A stretch of DNA of 64,000 nt from the human T2T-CHM13v2.0 reference genome, Homo sapiens, in the NCBI RefSeq assembly GCF_009914755.1, contig NC_060927.1; one strand, given 5' to 3'. The notes beneath the pieces are model-generated. The model did no database searches. It worked only from the letters and a program-made list of their open reading frames with translations, and had not been told where the DNA came from. Below are positions 43,883 to 57,800 of the stretch, one piece after another; position 1 is the stretch's first letter, and each line of letters starts with the position of its first letter. The position numbers and the translations under genes were made by a program.

Positions 43883-44952
43883 ATGAGAAAGAATCAATGA
43901 AAAACGTGCTGAAAACTCAAAAAGCCAGAGTGCCTCTTCTCCTCCAAATAATCACAATGCCTCTCCAACAAAGGCTCAGAACTGGGCTGAGGCTCAGATG
44001 AATGAATTCACAGAAGTAAGTTTCAGAAGGTTGGTAATAACAAACTTCACTGAGCTAAAGAGGCATGTTCTAACCCAATGTAAAGCAGCTAAGACCATAA
44101 GAAAACATTACAGGAGCTGTTAATCAGAATAACCAGTTTAGAGAGAGCAATAAATGACCTGATGGAGTTGAAAAACAAAACATGAGAGCTTCACAATGCA
44201 ACCCCAAGTATTAACAGTCAATAGACTAAGCAGAGGAAAGGATTTCAGAGTTTGAAGACTATCTTGCTGAAATAAGACAGACAAACAAGATTAGAGAAAA
44301 AAGAATGAAAAGGAATGAACAAAACCATGGAGAACTACGGGATTATGTAAAAAAAAAAAAAAAAACCCAACCTACAACTGATTGGGGTACCTAAAATAAA
44401 TGAGGAGAATGGTACCAAGTTGGAAGACATACTTTGAGATATCATCCAGGAGAACTTCCCCAACCTAGCAAGACAGGCCAATGGTCAAATTCAGGAAATC
44501 CAGAGAACCCTAGTAAGACACTTCATGAGAAGATCAATCCCAAGACACATAATCTTCAGATTCTCCAAGGTGGAAGTGAAGGAAAAAATGTTAAGGGCAG
44601 CCAGAGAGAAAGACTAGGTAACCTACAAAGGGAAGCCCACTGGACTAACAGCAGACCTCTCAACAGAAACCCTGCAAGCCAGAAGAAATTGAAGGCCAAT
44701 ATTCAACATTCTTAAAGAAGAGAATTTCCAACCCAAAATTTTATATCCGGCCAAACTAAACTTCATAAGCAAAGGAGAAATAAAATGCTTTTCAGACAAG
44801 CAAATGCCAAGGGAATTCATCACCACCAGGCCTGCCCCGCAAGAGTTCCTGAAGGAAGCACTAAATATGGAAAGGAAAAGCCATTACCAGCCAATACGAA
44901 AGCACACTGAAGTACAAAGACAAACGACACTATGAAGCAACTACATCAATAA
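43883..44952 (+). pseudogene. Disrupted L1 ORF1
   Basis: atgagaaagaatcaa start; DIIQENFPNLARQA- and YPAKL-type motifs at DNA level; stops and frameshifts. Confidence 0.9.
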
Positions 44953-44977
44953 GTCTGCAAAATAACCAGCTAGCATC

Positions 44978-47900
44978 ATGATGATAGGATCAAATTCACA
45001 CGTAATAATATTAACCTTCAATGTAAATGCCCTAATTAAAAGACACAGAATGGCAAGCTGCATAAAGAGTCAAGATCCATTGGTGTGCTGTATTCAAGAG
45101 ATCCATCTCACATGCAAAGACTCACACAGGCTCAAAGTAAAAGGATGAAGGAAATTTACCAAGCAAATGGAAAACAGAAAAAGCAGTTAAGCCAATGAAG
45201 ATCAAAAGAGACAAAGAAGGGTACTACATGATGGTAAAGGGTTTAATTCAACAAGAAGGGATAACTATCCTAAATATCTATGTACCTAATACAGGAGCTC
45301 CCAGATTCGTAAAACAAGTTCTTAGAGATTGACAAAGAGACTTAGACTCTCACACAATAATAGTTGGAGACTTTAACAACCCACTGTCAATATTAGATCA
45401 CTGAGACAGAAATTAACAGGGATATTCAGGACTTAAACTCAGCTCTGGGTCAAATGGACCAGACAGTTATCACAGAACTCTCCACACCAAAACAACAGAA
45501 TACACGTTCTTCTCAGCACCACATGGAACTTAGTCTAAAATCAATCACATAGTTGGAAATAAAAGACTCCTCAGCAAATGCAAAAGAACTAAAATCATAA
45601 CAGTCTCTAGGGCCACAGCACAATCAAATTAGAATTCAAGATTAAGAAACTCACTCAAAACTATACAACTACATGGAAACTGAACAACCTGCTCCTTTAT
45701 GACTCCTGGGTAAATAATGAAATTAAGACAGAAATCAAGAAGTTCTTTGAAACCAATGAGAACAAAGATATTTGATATAATGTACCAGAATCTATGGGAT
45801 GCAGCTAAAGCAGAGTTAAGAGGGAAATTTATAGCACTAATTGCCCACATCTAAAAGCTAGAAAGATCTCAAATCAACACCCTAACATCACAACTAAGAG
45901 AACTAGAGAAATAAGAGCAAAGAAACCCAAAAGCTAGCAGAAGACAAGAAATAACCAAGATCAGAGGAGAAATGAATGACATAGAGAGATGGCAAACCCT
46001 TCAAAAAAATCAATGAATCCAGGAGATTTTTTTTGAAAAAATTAATAAAATACATCGCTAGCTAGACTAATAAAGAAGAAGAGATAGAAGAATCAAATAG
46101 ACACAATAAAAATGATAAAGGGGATATCACGGCTGACCCACAGAAATATAAACCACCATCAGAGAATAGTATAAACACCTCTATGCAAATAAATTAGAAA
46201 ACCTAGAAGAAATGGATAAATTCCTGGACACATACACCCTCCCAAGACTGAACTAGGAAGAAGGCGAATCCCTGAATAGAAAAATAACAAGCTCTGAAAT
46301 TGAAGCAGTAATAAATAGCTTACCAACCAAAAAAAGCCCAGGACCAGAAAGATTTACAGCTGAATTTTGTCAGAAGTACAATTAGGAGCTGGTACCATTT
46401 CTTCTGAAAGTATTCCAAACAATTGAAAAAGAAGGACTCCTCCCTAACTCATTTTATGAGGCCAGCATCATTCTCATACCAAAACCTGCCAGAGATACAA
46501 CAAAAAAAGAAAACTTCAGGCCAGTATTCCTGATGAACATTGATGCAAAAATCTTCAATAAAATACTGGCAAACCAAATCCAGCAGCACATCAAAAGTCT
46601 TTTCCACCATGATCAAGTCAGCTTCATCCCCAGGTTGCAAGGCTGGTTCAACATATGCAAATCAGTAAACATAATTCATCACATAAATGGAACTAAAGAC
46701 AAAAACCACGTGACTATCTCAATAGACACAGAAAAGACCTTTGATAAAATTAAATATCACTTCATGTTAAAAACTTTCAATAAACTAGGTATTGATGGAA
46801 CATACCTCAAAATAATAAGAGCCTTATGTGAACAACCCACAGCCAATATCATACTGAATGGGCAAAAGCTGGAAGCCTTGCCCTTGAAAATGAGCACAAG
46901 ACAACAATAACCTCTCTCATCACTCCTATTCAACATAGTATTGGAAGTTATGGCCAGGACTATCACGCAAGAGAAAGAAATAAAGGGTATTCAAATAGGA
47001 AGAGAGGGAGCCAAACTGTCCCTGTTTGCAGATGACATGATCTGCAAAGACAACCTAGCTAAGCTAAGACAATCCTAAGCAAAAAGAACAAAGCTGGAGG
47101 CATCATGCTACCTGACTTCAAACTATACTACAAGGCTAAAATAACCAAAACAGCATAGTACTGCTACAAAAGCAGACACATAGATCAATGAAATAGAATA
47201 CAGAACTCAGAAATAAGACCATCTGATACTGGACAACCATCTGATCAACAAACTTGACATAAACAAGCAATGGGGAAGGGATTCCCTATTTAATAAATGG
47301 TGCTGGGAGAACTGGTTAGCCATATGCAGAGAATTAAAATTGGATCCCTTCCTTACATCTTATGCAAAAATTAACTCAAGATGGAGTAACCCCAAAACTA
47401 TAAAAACCCTAGAAGAAAATCTAGGCAATACCATTCAGGACATAGGCACAGTCAAAGATTTCATGATGGAAATGCCAAAAGCAATTGCAACAAAGCAAAA
47501 ATTGACAAATGGGATCTAATTAAACTAAAGAGCTCCTGCACAGCCAAAAAAACTATTATCAGAGTGAACAGACAGCCTACTAAATGGGAGAAAATTTTTG
47601 CTATCTATCCATCTGACAAAGGTCTAATATCCAAAATCTACAAGGAACTTAAACAAATTCACAAGAAAAAAAAACAAACAACCCCATTAAAATGTGGGCA
47701 AAGTACATGAACAGACACTTCTCAAAATCAGACATACATGCAGCCAACAAACATGAAAAAAAGCTCAACATCAATAATCGTTAGAGAAATGCAAATCAAA
47801 ACCACAATGAGATACCATCTCATGCCAGTCAGAATGGTGATTATTTAAAAGTGAAGAAACAACAGATCCTGGTGAGGCTGTGGAGAAACAGGAATGCTTT

Positions 47901-48318
47901 TACACTGTTGGTAGGAATGTAAATTAGTTCAACCATTGTGGAAGACAGTGTGGCAATTCCTCAAAGACCTAGAAGCAGAAATACCATTTGACCCAGCAAT
48001 CCCATTACTGGGTATATATCCAAATGAATATAATCATTCCATTATAAAGATACATGCATGTGTGTGCTCATTGCAGCACTATTCACACTAGCAAAGACAT
48101 AGAATCAACCCAAATGCCCATCAATGATAGACTGGATAAAGAAAATGTGGTACATATACACCATGAGATACTACGCAGCCATAAAAAGGAATGAGATCGT
48201 GTTCTTTGCAGGGACATGGATGGAGCTCAAAGTCACCAACCTCAGCTACCTAACGCAGGAACAGAAAACCAAATACTGCATGTTCTCACTTCAGCTCTCA
48301 CTTATAAGTGGGAGCTGA
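44978..48318 (+). pseudogene. Disrupted L1 ORF2 (EN-RT-CCHC) with ~450-bp deletion after FADD
   Basis: EN start atgatgataggatcaaattcacac; GDFN motif ~45366; RT ORF 46533-46910; tttgcagatgacatg (FADDM) at 47025-47039, then a jump to aagacaatcctaagc. Confidence 0.92.
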
Positions 48319-48892
48319 ACAATGAGAACACATGGACACAGGGAGGAGAGGGAGAGCATCAGGATAAATAGCTAATGCATGCTGGGCTTCACATCTACGT
48401 GATGGGTTCATAAGTGCAGCAAACCGCCATGACACATCTTTACTTATGTAACAAACCTGCACATCCTGCACATGTATCCTGGAACTTAAATTAAATTAAA
48501 TTTTTAAAAAAGACCACCTTGCTTCTTTCCTGTTCTGCTCTGCTCATTCAAATGTTACATTTTAGGCAATATTTTCATGAAGCTATATCATCTTCCTAAG
48601 GATTAATTTAAATGTCAGCACAATAATTCATCAAGAGTCTGTTTGCCTTTGTTTGAGGATTTTTTATGCATTAAAGAAAGTGCCATAAATGATATATTCA
48701 TGTACAAGTAATGTTCTTAACATTTAAATTTTTTTTACATTCCCAAGAGTAAAATTCTTGTTGCATCAAAGGATTGAACAGTTTTATAACTATTGAAATG
48801 AAATATCAAATTTCTTTCTAACACTATTCGTGTTCTCAAACACTGTGGGGTCATTTCTGCTAACTATAAATGCTTATTTTTTAATGTGTGAA

Positions 48893-49027
48893 ATTTTTGT
48901 TCTATTTTTAGAAACAGGTTTCTCCCTGTGTTGCTCAGGCTGGCCTCAAACTCCTGGGCTCAAGTGATTGTACTGCCTCAGCCTCTAGAGTAGCTGGGAC
49001 TATAGGCACATGCCACCACACCTAGCT
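48893..49027 (-). mobile_element. Free left Alu monomer (FLAM_A-like)
   Basis: ~130-bp monomer with agtagctgggactataggc; degenerate TSD atg(t/a)gtgaa. Confidence 0.88.
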
Positions 49028-49679
49028 CCGATGAGTGAATTTTTAGAGACATATCTTCTTTGTCCTTTGCGCAGCATTTGATATGTTACTTGCTCGAACA
49101 AATACTATGGTTCATACTTTCTTCTTTTTGAAATGATCATATTATAAGGACAATTTGCACTGGAAATGTGAGGTCGTTGCAGATGTTGTGAGCGTTGCTG
49201 GTATATTTCTGCTTTTATAAATAGTTTACTTTATAAGACATGAAAGGGCTATGCAATCATGCATAGTAAAATCGCTCTGCCATCCATAACATGGGTGCAG
49301 GGGAAGCCAGTCCCTGGTGCATAGCTATTCTCTATGAGGGGACTGACACCTGCTAGAGTTCATAACCCTGGCTTTATGACCTTGGACAATCCTTTAACAT
49401 CAGTAAGCCTCAATATCATACTCTGGAAAATAAGAGTGATTAGGAAAATCAAAGAATATATTATAAAATACACAGTACATAATTAGTTACATTCCTTTTC
49501 TCTAGTTAGGTAGGGATCATTACTATTTAAATAAATCACATGTAAAGTTTTTTAAAAGCCCACAAGCCTCTCCCTAGTTGTTTTATAAATAGTCATGATG
49601 CTTTACCCTTAAAATCCATCTTTGTGTATATTTGCAGTTCATAGACAAGTATACACACATCCTCCTTGACCTTATTTTC

Positions 49680-50105
49680 TATTTACTGCTCCTTCCTCCC
49701 ACATGCACCAGCCATACTGGTCTATTCTCAGTCCTTAGAACATGCTAGCCTTATTCTGGTGTCAGGGTCTTCATACTTGCTACTTACTGCATAGAATTGT
49801 ATTCTACACCTCCCTTTTTCTCATGATGCAGGATTTAGCTCAAAGGCCACTTCTACTCTGCAGCCTTCTGCCTGACCTGGCTGAAGGTGCTCTCATTATC
49901 TAGGCATTCCCCATCTTGTGCCTGATTTTAATGACTTCATAGAACTTTTCACTTCCTAAAGTTATTTTATTCATAGAGTTGCTTACTTGTTTATTGCCTG
50001 TCCTCCAGAGCTAGAAGAGAAGCCAGGGGACTTTGAATGATTACTATCAAATGCCTGAAGCCTAGAACACTCTCTAGCACACATCAGGTGCTCAAGTATT
50101 TGTTG
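49680..50105 (+). mobile_element. L2 3' fragment
   Basis: caccagccatactggtc...cttgtttattgcctgtc...agcctagaacactctctagcacacatcaggtgctcaa. Confidence 0.8.
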
Positions 50106-52404
50106 CTTCAGAGCCCAGTTGTAACTCATTTATTACATCACAAGGAAGATAAATTATTGACTATTCTTTTAACATCACTGAGTAATTTTTAAATTAATCA
50201 TTAACAAATTCTATGTGATACTGCAAAAAACCAGTATACCGCACTCGTCAAACGTTAGCTCCTAGAGTGAAGCACTCTAGAGTTCTGCTTCAGGATGTTC
50301 CAACTCCAAACTGCAATTGCTGATGCTGATGGAAATATTGACATTTACAATGACCTCATCTGAAGGGGAAATCAGGTTTTGCCTGAATTTTTTTCCACCA
50401 GTTTTTTAGGGCTTTTAATTAGTCATACCTTCCCATAATTGTTGAGGGAGGAACCATATATTCATGGGCTTCTTTTGGGGGAACTTATTTTGAGATTAAT
50501 CTAAGCTCCACTTTCATTTGATTTTTGCTGATGCCATCTCATCTCCTTTGCTATTACAAAAGCCTGCAAAAATAGCCCTGCACATAAATTATGCATCAAG
50601 TCTTTAAATATCCTGGTCTTTTTTATTTTTTTGCCCCACCTTCATCCAAGGAGAAAGATTATAATGCTCTTTTGCACTGCCTGTTGTTTCTGCTGTGGGG
50701 GTTTTAAATTTTTGTTTAATTTTATTTTCTGAAAGAAAAATAAAAATCTTGGTTCCCCTGTTTTTACTCACAAGTGACTAAGGTGTAATACTCTGAATCC
50801 ATATTATTTGCAAGGTTTTTTCTTTTAATACAAGAACTGATCATCTTGTTTCTAGAGGCAGATTATTATCCTTTTGTCCAAAATTGTTCCAAGATTAGAA
50901 TCTGCTAACTTTAATTGCTGTTCATGTTGGAGGGTGAGCATAGCTCACTTTTTTTTTGTCCAAGTATGTCCAAAGTTAGATTACTTTTGTCTCTGGAAAC
51001 ACCAGGAAAAACTATATAAATACAGCTAACTTTTACTGAGGTTGTACAGTGTGCTGCATGCTGGCCATGTTATTTTTGATGCTAATGAGGACTCAACAAG
51101 GATGGATTCTTATTCCCTATTTACATATAATGAATTCAAGACCCTAGACCTGGTCAATTCAAATCAAGTCCATCGATTTCAGGACCTACACCCGCCTACC
51201 TTCCTATATTGCTTCACAAGCCAAGGGGCAATCACATTCTTTAAATGTAAAATAGCTGAGCAGAGAATGGTGATCTTCAGGAAGAAACTATTACTTTTAT
51301 TGTTCTCTTATTCTGATTTTTTAGATCTCTCTACACTTATCCAGTTGGTTTTCAACCAAAACAAAAATATCACAAATATTGATGGGAAAGCTCTTCACTA
51401 CCACAGGCCTCCAGTTTGCAGACTGGCCTCGTATTAGGTTGCTAGGCTTATAGTCTCAAGGAATGACAGAATTATAATGGAATTCTAAATAATGAAAGAT
51501 ATTTGCTTAAATTCCCAGAGCTGGAATAGAAATATGGTCTTGGATAGCACATCTGGGACTTTTTCATAATGCTAGGATATAGCCAGCCAAGACCTTTTCA
51601 GGTTTTTCCCTGGGTAGAAACTAGAACTACAGTCTTTGTGTTTCAGTGTCTGAAGGAGATAGGAGACAAAGACATGACACATTTTCCCCTGCATTTTGGT
51701 AAAAAGAAAAGAACATTTGATTTTTCTTTAAATATTAGGAAACACAATACATAAAACATTTGAAATAATCAGAAAATTCTGAGAAGGAGGGGAGCATCAT
51801 AAGGCTCTTCTCCAGTTACTAGATTTTTTCCCTCAAACTTAAAATCATTATCTCCACAATGTATTCTCATCCAAGATTTCAAGTTCCATCCTCAGTAAAC
51901 TCATTAAATACATATTTCAAATACTTATTGAGAATTCATTTTCTAAACAAGAATGATATAATTTTTAGCAGAAGCAACATTATATTTACAAAAATATCCT
52001 TTTCTCCCTGAAAAAAAATCTGTTATATAAAATTCATAACCCCTTCTTCAGATAGTATCATTGTGTTTTCTATAAAAAACTTATTCTCAAACTAAATTTC
52101 TAGTATTTTATGGCTCTCTGATTTTAGTATGAAATTCTACTAAGTCAAAATTTATTACCAGAGGGCCCTGATGCACTTTTATCCTTCTGAATAAGTATTA
52201 GAGAGTGCTACTATGAACACGATTTTAGAATATATCAAGTACTTACAAAAAACAAGTTTTTTAAAAGTAACTTCAAACATTTTATAAGATCCATTTACCT
52301 AATACCAATTGTCATTCATTGTGTTATGCTTTTTAATTTTTCCCCACATACACAGATAAAGAAAACTCAAGAGAACTATGTTTGATGAGGCTTTTTCCAA
52401 AACA

Positions 52405-52447
52405 ACACACAAACACAGACACACACACACATACACACACACACACA
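52405..52447. repeat. (CA)n microsatellite, interrupted
   Basis: Direct reading. Confidence 0.9.
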
Positions 52448-53269
52448 TGCATACTATGTGCAAATGAAATACCATTTTTAAATTTCAAGTAGGAAGCCAT
52501 GCTCAAAATTTTTAAACGACATTCGCTAGTGCCAAATATTTAGAGGGAAAACATTTCAGTTGTGCTTAAAACGAAACTTGTGCAATTTGTCAAAGTAAAC
52601 AAATCAGTAAAGGGGTATAGGCCTGAGAGGTTGGGTATTAAAAAAAAATCCTCAGGGAGGCAGTAGGGATATGGCAGTCAAGAAGGAGTCAGTCAGGTTA
52701 GGAGCTGACTGCCTGAGCTCCCTGCATAAATCTGGGAGCCAGGGCAGTAACTTCCCATTAGTAAAGAGCTCACATGATCAGCCCAAGGATAGGACCTAGG
52801 GGTTGGGACCCCAAGACATGGATAGAAACAGAGCAAGCAGCAAGAAAACAAAGCCTCTAGTTGGTATCCCCAGGGTAGTGGGGACCCAAAATCTCCAATA
52901 CCTTTATGATGTGAAAACATAAGGTAAGAAACTGTTGCAAAAACTTGTCCAGAACCTATAAACCACAAAGGCTAGAGTGGAGAAAAAAAAACTCAGAAAC
53001 TGTCTATAGAGGTATTTCTATAAGCTAAAAACCACTTAATCTGTACAGAAAAGGATTCTGATGAAAATTAGCTCACAGACTATTGCTCACATGCATGAGC
53101 AATAGTCATCGGGTACAAAAACATGAGAGGAATCAAACTTAAGGATTAGAAAACAGGACAATTTGAAAGGCACTAATAAATCCAGTAAGATAGGGACAGT
53201 GAGGTGGGGAAAGCAGGAGATACAAAGATTAGCAAAGAAAGGGGAAAATAATCATGTACAGATGTTGTG

Positions 53270-53830
53270 TTTGTCTACACAGACAAAGTGTAAAAACCAA
53301 CAAATGAGTTTCCAGGTACAAGATGATTTACAAAAATTAATAGCATTCCTATCCACCAATGTAACCAGATGTAAGTTTTTTAAAGGTCCCATTCACAAGA
53401 AGAACAAGAAGCATAAGATATTTGGGAACAACCTAATAAAAGATAAACATGATCTTTATGGAGAAATTGTCCAATATTATTGTAAGAGCTAAGAGATAAA
53501 TGGAAATGCATGAATAAATGGAGAGGTATGCTGTGTTTATTAATGAAATGACTTGATATTGTAAAGATATAAATTCTTCCCAAATTCATCTATATTTAAT
53601 ATCACTGATTCTAAAGGTAATATGCCAGAAGTGTTGAAGAATAGCAATTCAATGCTAAGAAATGTGACAAAAAGCAGGAATATCAAAATCTTGAAACTTA
53701 TAATAAAGGTATAATAACTAACACATGGTGGCACTGATGTAGGGATAATTAAAAGGATCTGGGTCAACAGGTCAAAATGGATAGCCCAGTAATGAAGTAA
53801 CACATGTATGAAAATCTGGTATATGATGGG
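53270..53830 (+). mobile_element. Ancient L1 (L1M) ORF2 fragment
   Basis: ORF 53163-53492 includes QKLIAFLSTN and KIFGNNL; gatattgtaaagatataaattcttcccaaattcatctata. Confidence 0.8.
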
Positions 53831-54146
53831 CATATTTGGGGGGATGTAGGCCTAAGGGAATACAAAGAGGACTTTCATTTTTTCAGTCATGTTTATGTAT
53901 ATTATATTTAAAAATATATAAAAAAAACAAAGGCTAGAATTATGAATTCTAAACAGGTGCAGAGGTATATTTGTATACTTAACTTTTTCAAATAAAAAAC
54001 TTTTATCTGAAAAACGTTAATATTTTCAGTCCAATTCTCTATTAAAGTAGGAAGACAAGAAGCCCTATAAACCAAATTTGAATAAATGGAATAAATAAAC
54101 TGGAGTTACACTATGTAGAAGAGCTAAAACTTATTGAGAACTTACT

Positions 54147-54473
<327 letters not shown>

Positions 54474-54892
54474 TTATACTAGGTGTGGTAAACATAATAG
54501 AGGAAGTCTTCTGGATCAGAGAGCCCTGATGCAGAAGGCAGAAGAGAGGAGAGCATAATATCTTAAAGGGTGTAGTTCTAGATTAAGAAATCTTACTGTA
54601 CAGAATTAGGCACAAATCTCTGTCATTTCTTTACATAAAGCACAGAAAAGCTGTTTGTAGCACCAGAAGCTAAACACTTTCTTTTTATTTTAAGGTAATT
54701 TATAGTTATAAAATTTTTAAACAACTAAAAAAACTAAATTGCGGAGCCTGTATTTGATAAAATATATATATGAAAGAACACACATAGGAACACAGAAGTT
54801 CAACTTGGAGTCAAGCAAGAAAAAACGTAACTTGCGAAATTACTTACACAATTGAACACATTTTAAAATACAGTATACTCAAAATGAGATTT

Positions 54893-57800
54893 CTTTTTTT
54901 TTTATTTCCAACTTTTATTTTAAGTTCAGGGGTATATGTGCAGGATGTGCAGGTTTGTTACATAGGTAAATGTGTGCCATGGTGGTTTGCTGCGCAGATC
55001 TTCCCATCTCCCAGGTATTAAGCCCAGCATCCATTAGCTATTCTTCCTGATGCTCTTCCTCCTCCCACCATCAACCCTCCGACAGGCCCCAGTGTGTACT
55101 GTTCCCCCACCATGTGTCCATGTATTCTCATCATTCAGCTCCCTCTTATAAGTGAGAACACGCTGTATTTGGTTTTCTGTTCCTGGGTTAATTTGCCAAG
55201 GCTAAGGGCCTCCAGCTCCATCCATGTCCCTTCAATGAACATGATCTCATTCCTTCTTATGGCTGCATAATATTCCACGGTGTATATTTACCACATTTTC
55301 TTGATCCAGTCTATCATTGATGGGCATGTAAGTTGATTCTAAGTCTTTGCTATTGTGAATAGTGCTGCAATGAACATACGCATGCAGGTATCTTTATAAC
55401 AGAATGATTTTTATTCCTTTGGGTATATACCCAGTAATGGGATTGCTAGATCAAATGGTATTTCTGCCTCTAGGTCTTTGAAGAATAGCAACACTGTCTT
55501 CCACAATGTTTGAACTAATTTACATTTCCACCAACATTGTAAAAGTGTTCCTTTTTCTCCACAACCTCGCCAGAATCTGTTGTGTTTTTTTGACTTTTTA
55601 ATAATAGTCATTCTGACTGGTGTGAGATGTTATCTCATTGTGGTTTTGATTTGCATTTATCTACTGATCCATGATTTGAGCTCTTTTTCACGTGATTGTT
55701 GGCTGCATGTTTGTCTGATTTTGAGAAGTGTCTGTTCATGTGCTTTGCCCACTTTTTAAGGGGGTTGTTTTTTTCTTATAAATTTGTTTAAATTCCTTAT
55801 AAATGCTGGATATTAGGCCTTTGTCAGATGGATAGATGGCAACATTTTTCTCTCATTCTGTGGTTGTCTGTTTACTCTGTTGTTTCTTTTGCTGTGCAGG
55901 AGCTCTTTAGTTTATTTAGATCCCATTTGTCAATTTTTGCTTTTGTTGCAATTGTTTTTGGCATTTTCATCATGAAATCTTTGCCTGTACTTATGTCCTG
56001 AATGGTATTGCCTAGGTTTTCTTCTAGAGTTTTTATAGCTTTAGGTTTTACATTTTAGTCTTTAATACACCTTGAGTTGATTTTTGTCTATGGTGTAAGG
56101 AAGGGGTAGTTTCAATTTTCCGCATATGTCCAGCCAGTTGTCCCATTTATTAAATAGGGAGTCCTTTCTGCATTGCTTGTTTCTGTCAGGATTGTTGAAG
56201 ATCAGATGGTTGTAGGTGGGCAGTCTTATTACTGGATTCTCTATTCTGTTCCGTTGGTCTATGTGTGTATTCTCGTACCAGTACCATGCTGTTTTGGTTC
56301 CTGCAGCCCTGTAGTATAGTTTGAAGTAGGATAGCATGATGCCTTCTTCAGCTTTCTTCTTTTTGCTTAGGATTGTCTTGGCTATTCAGGCTCTTTTTTG
56401 GTTCCATATGAATTTTAAAGTAGTTTTTACTAATTCTGTGAAGAATGTCAATGGTAGTTTAATGGGAATAGCATTGAATCTATAAATTGCTTTGAGCAGT
56501 ATGGCCATTTTCACAATATTGATTCTTCCTATCCATCAGCATGGAATGCTTTTCCATTTGTTTGTTTCATCTCTGATTTCTTTGAGCAGTCATTCATAGT
56601 TCTACTTGAAGAGGTCTTTCACTTCCCTTGTTAGTTGTATTACTAGGTATTTTATTCTTTTTGTGGCAATTGTGAATGGGATTGTGTTTCTGATGAAGCT
56701 GCTTTTTGGTAGAGCAGCTGTGCTGTGTTGGCAATCTATTCAGCCCCCGATTAGTTTGGACTCTCTAAAGCCCACAGACTGGACCGGCTGAGATGCCCAG
56801 ACAGTCAAGGTGGCAACCTGCCCCACCTCACAGGCACTCTGTCCAAAAGAGAAATTAGAATTCTCTTGGCCATAAAACACAGGCAGGGGTAGTTGGAGTC
56901 TCTGACCGGGAGGGACCTCCTCATGAGGAGCAGTGGATTTGGGTCCCACTTAAAGAAGCTGTCTGGCCATGCCTTTGACAAAACAGCCATGTAGTGCTGA
57001 TGAACCATCTCTGCCCTTGTTGGCTTGGACTCTCCAAAGCCCACAGGCTGCAATTGCTGAGTTATTCAAACAACCAAAGTGGTTGCCTTCCCCTCCCCCA
57101 GGCACTCTGTCCTTGTCCCATGGAAAGATCAGAGCTAGAATAGGTGCAGGTGGGTGTGGCTGCAGGTCCCAGCTGGAAGACCTCCCCAGTGAGGAGGAAT
57201 GAATCTGGGTCCTGCTTAAAGAAGTAGTCTGGACACATTCTGGCAAAGCAGCTGTGCTATGCTGCAGGGACCATTCCTCATCTAGACCGGTTGGACTCTC
57301 CAAAGCCCGCAGGCTTCAATGGCTAAATTGACCAAAGAGTAGAGATGGTGACCTGCCCCTCCCCCGGGGACTCTGTCCCATCTCAGGCAGGCTCCACCCT
57401 GTTGGCGGTGGCTGGCTGGAATTCCAAGCTAGTGGGTCTTATCTTGTGTGGTGCCATGGAAGTGGGGCCCAAAGACCAAGGCTGCTCAGCTCCCTAGATT
57501 CAGCCTCCTTCCTAGGGGTATGTGTGGAACTCCTGCCTTGCCTGAGTTACATAAACCTTTGTTGGGGATTGCAGGGCCAGAGTATGCAAAGCTCCTTGTT
57601 CTCTGTGCACGCCTGAGTAGCTGCTCTGCCGAAACTCCACACAGCTCTGTGTGTTGGATCCAAGACCCCGGTGGCATGGGCTCACAAGCAGATCCCCTGA
57701 TCCACAGGTTGCAAAGATCTGTGTGAGAAACGTGGTTTCCCAAGGTTGCAAATTCATTCACTGCTTACCTTGGCTGGAGCTGGGGGTTCCCTTGTCTCTG

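Larger units (their letters stand above)
42647..48509 (+). mobile_element. End-to-end L1 (L1PA10/11-like): 5'UTR, ORF1, ORF2 with internal deletions, 3'UTR
   Basis: GC-rich 5'UTR 42647-43882, ORF1 and ORF2 remnants, 3'UTR agcatcaggataaatagctaatgcatgctgggc; TSD aagac(t/c)accttg at 42635-42646 and 48510-48521. Confidence 0.96.

Noticed and set aside
42647-48509. Retrotransposition-competent full-length L1
   Set aside because: ORF1 and ORF2 contain many stops and frameshifts plus an RT deletion; the 5'UTR is CpG-depleted.
56697-57380. CRISPR-like repeat-spacer array
   Set aside because: Whole ~268-bp units are homologous, they lie within an L1 5'UTR, the context is primate DNA, and there are no cas genes.
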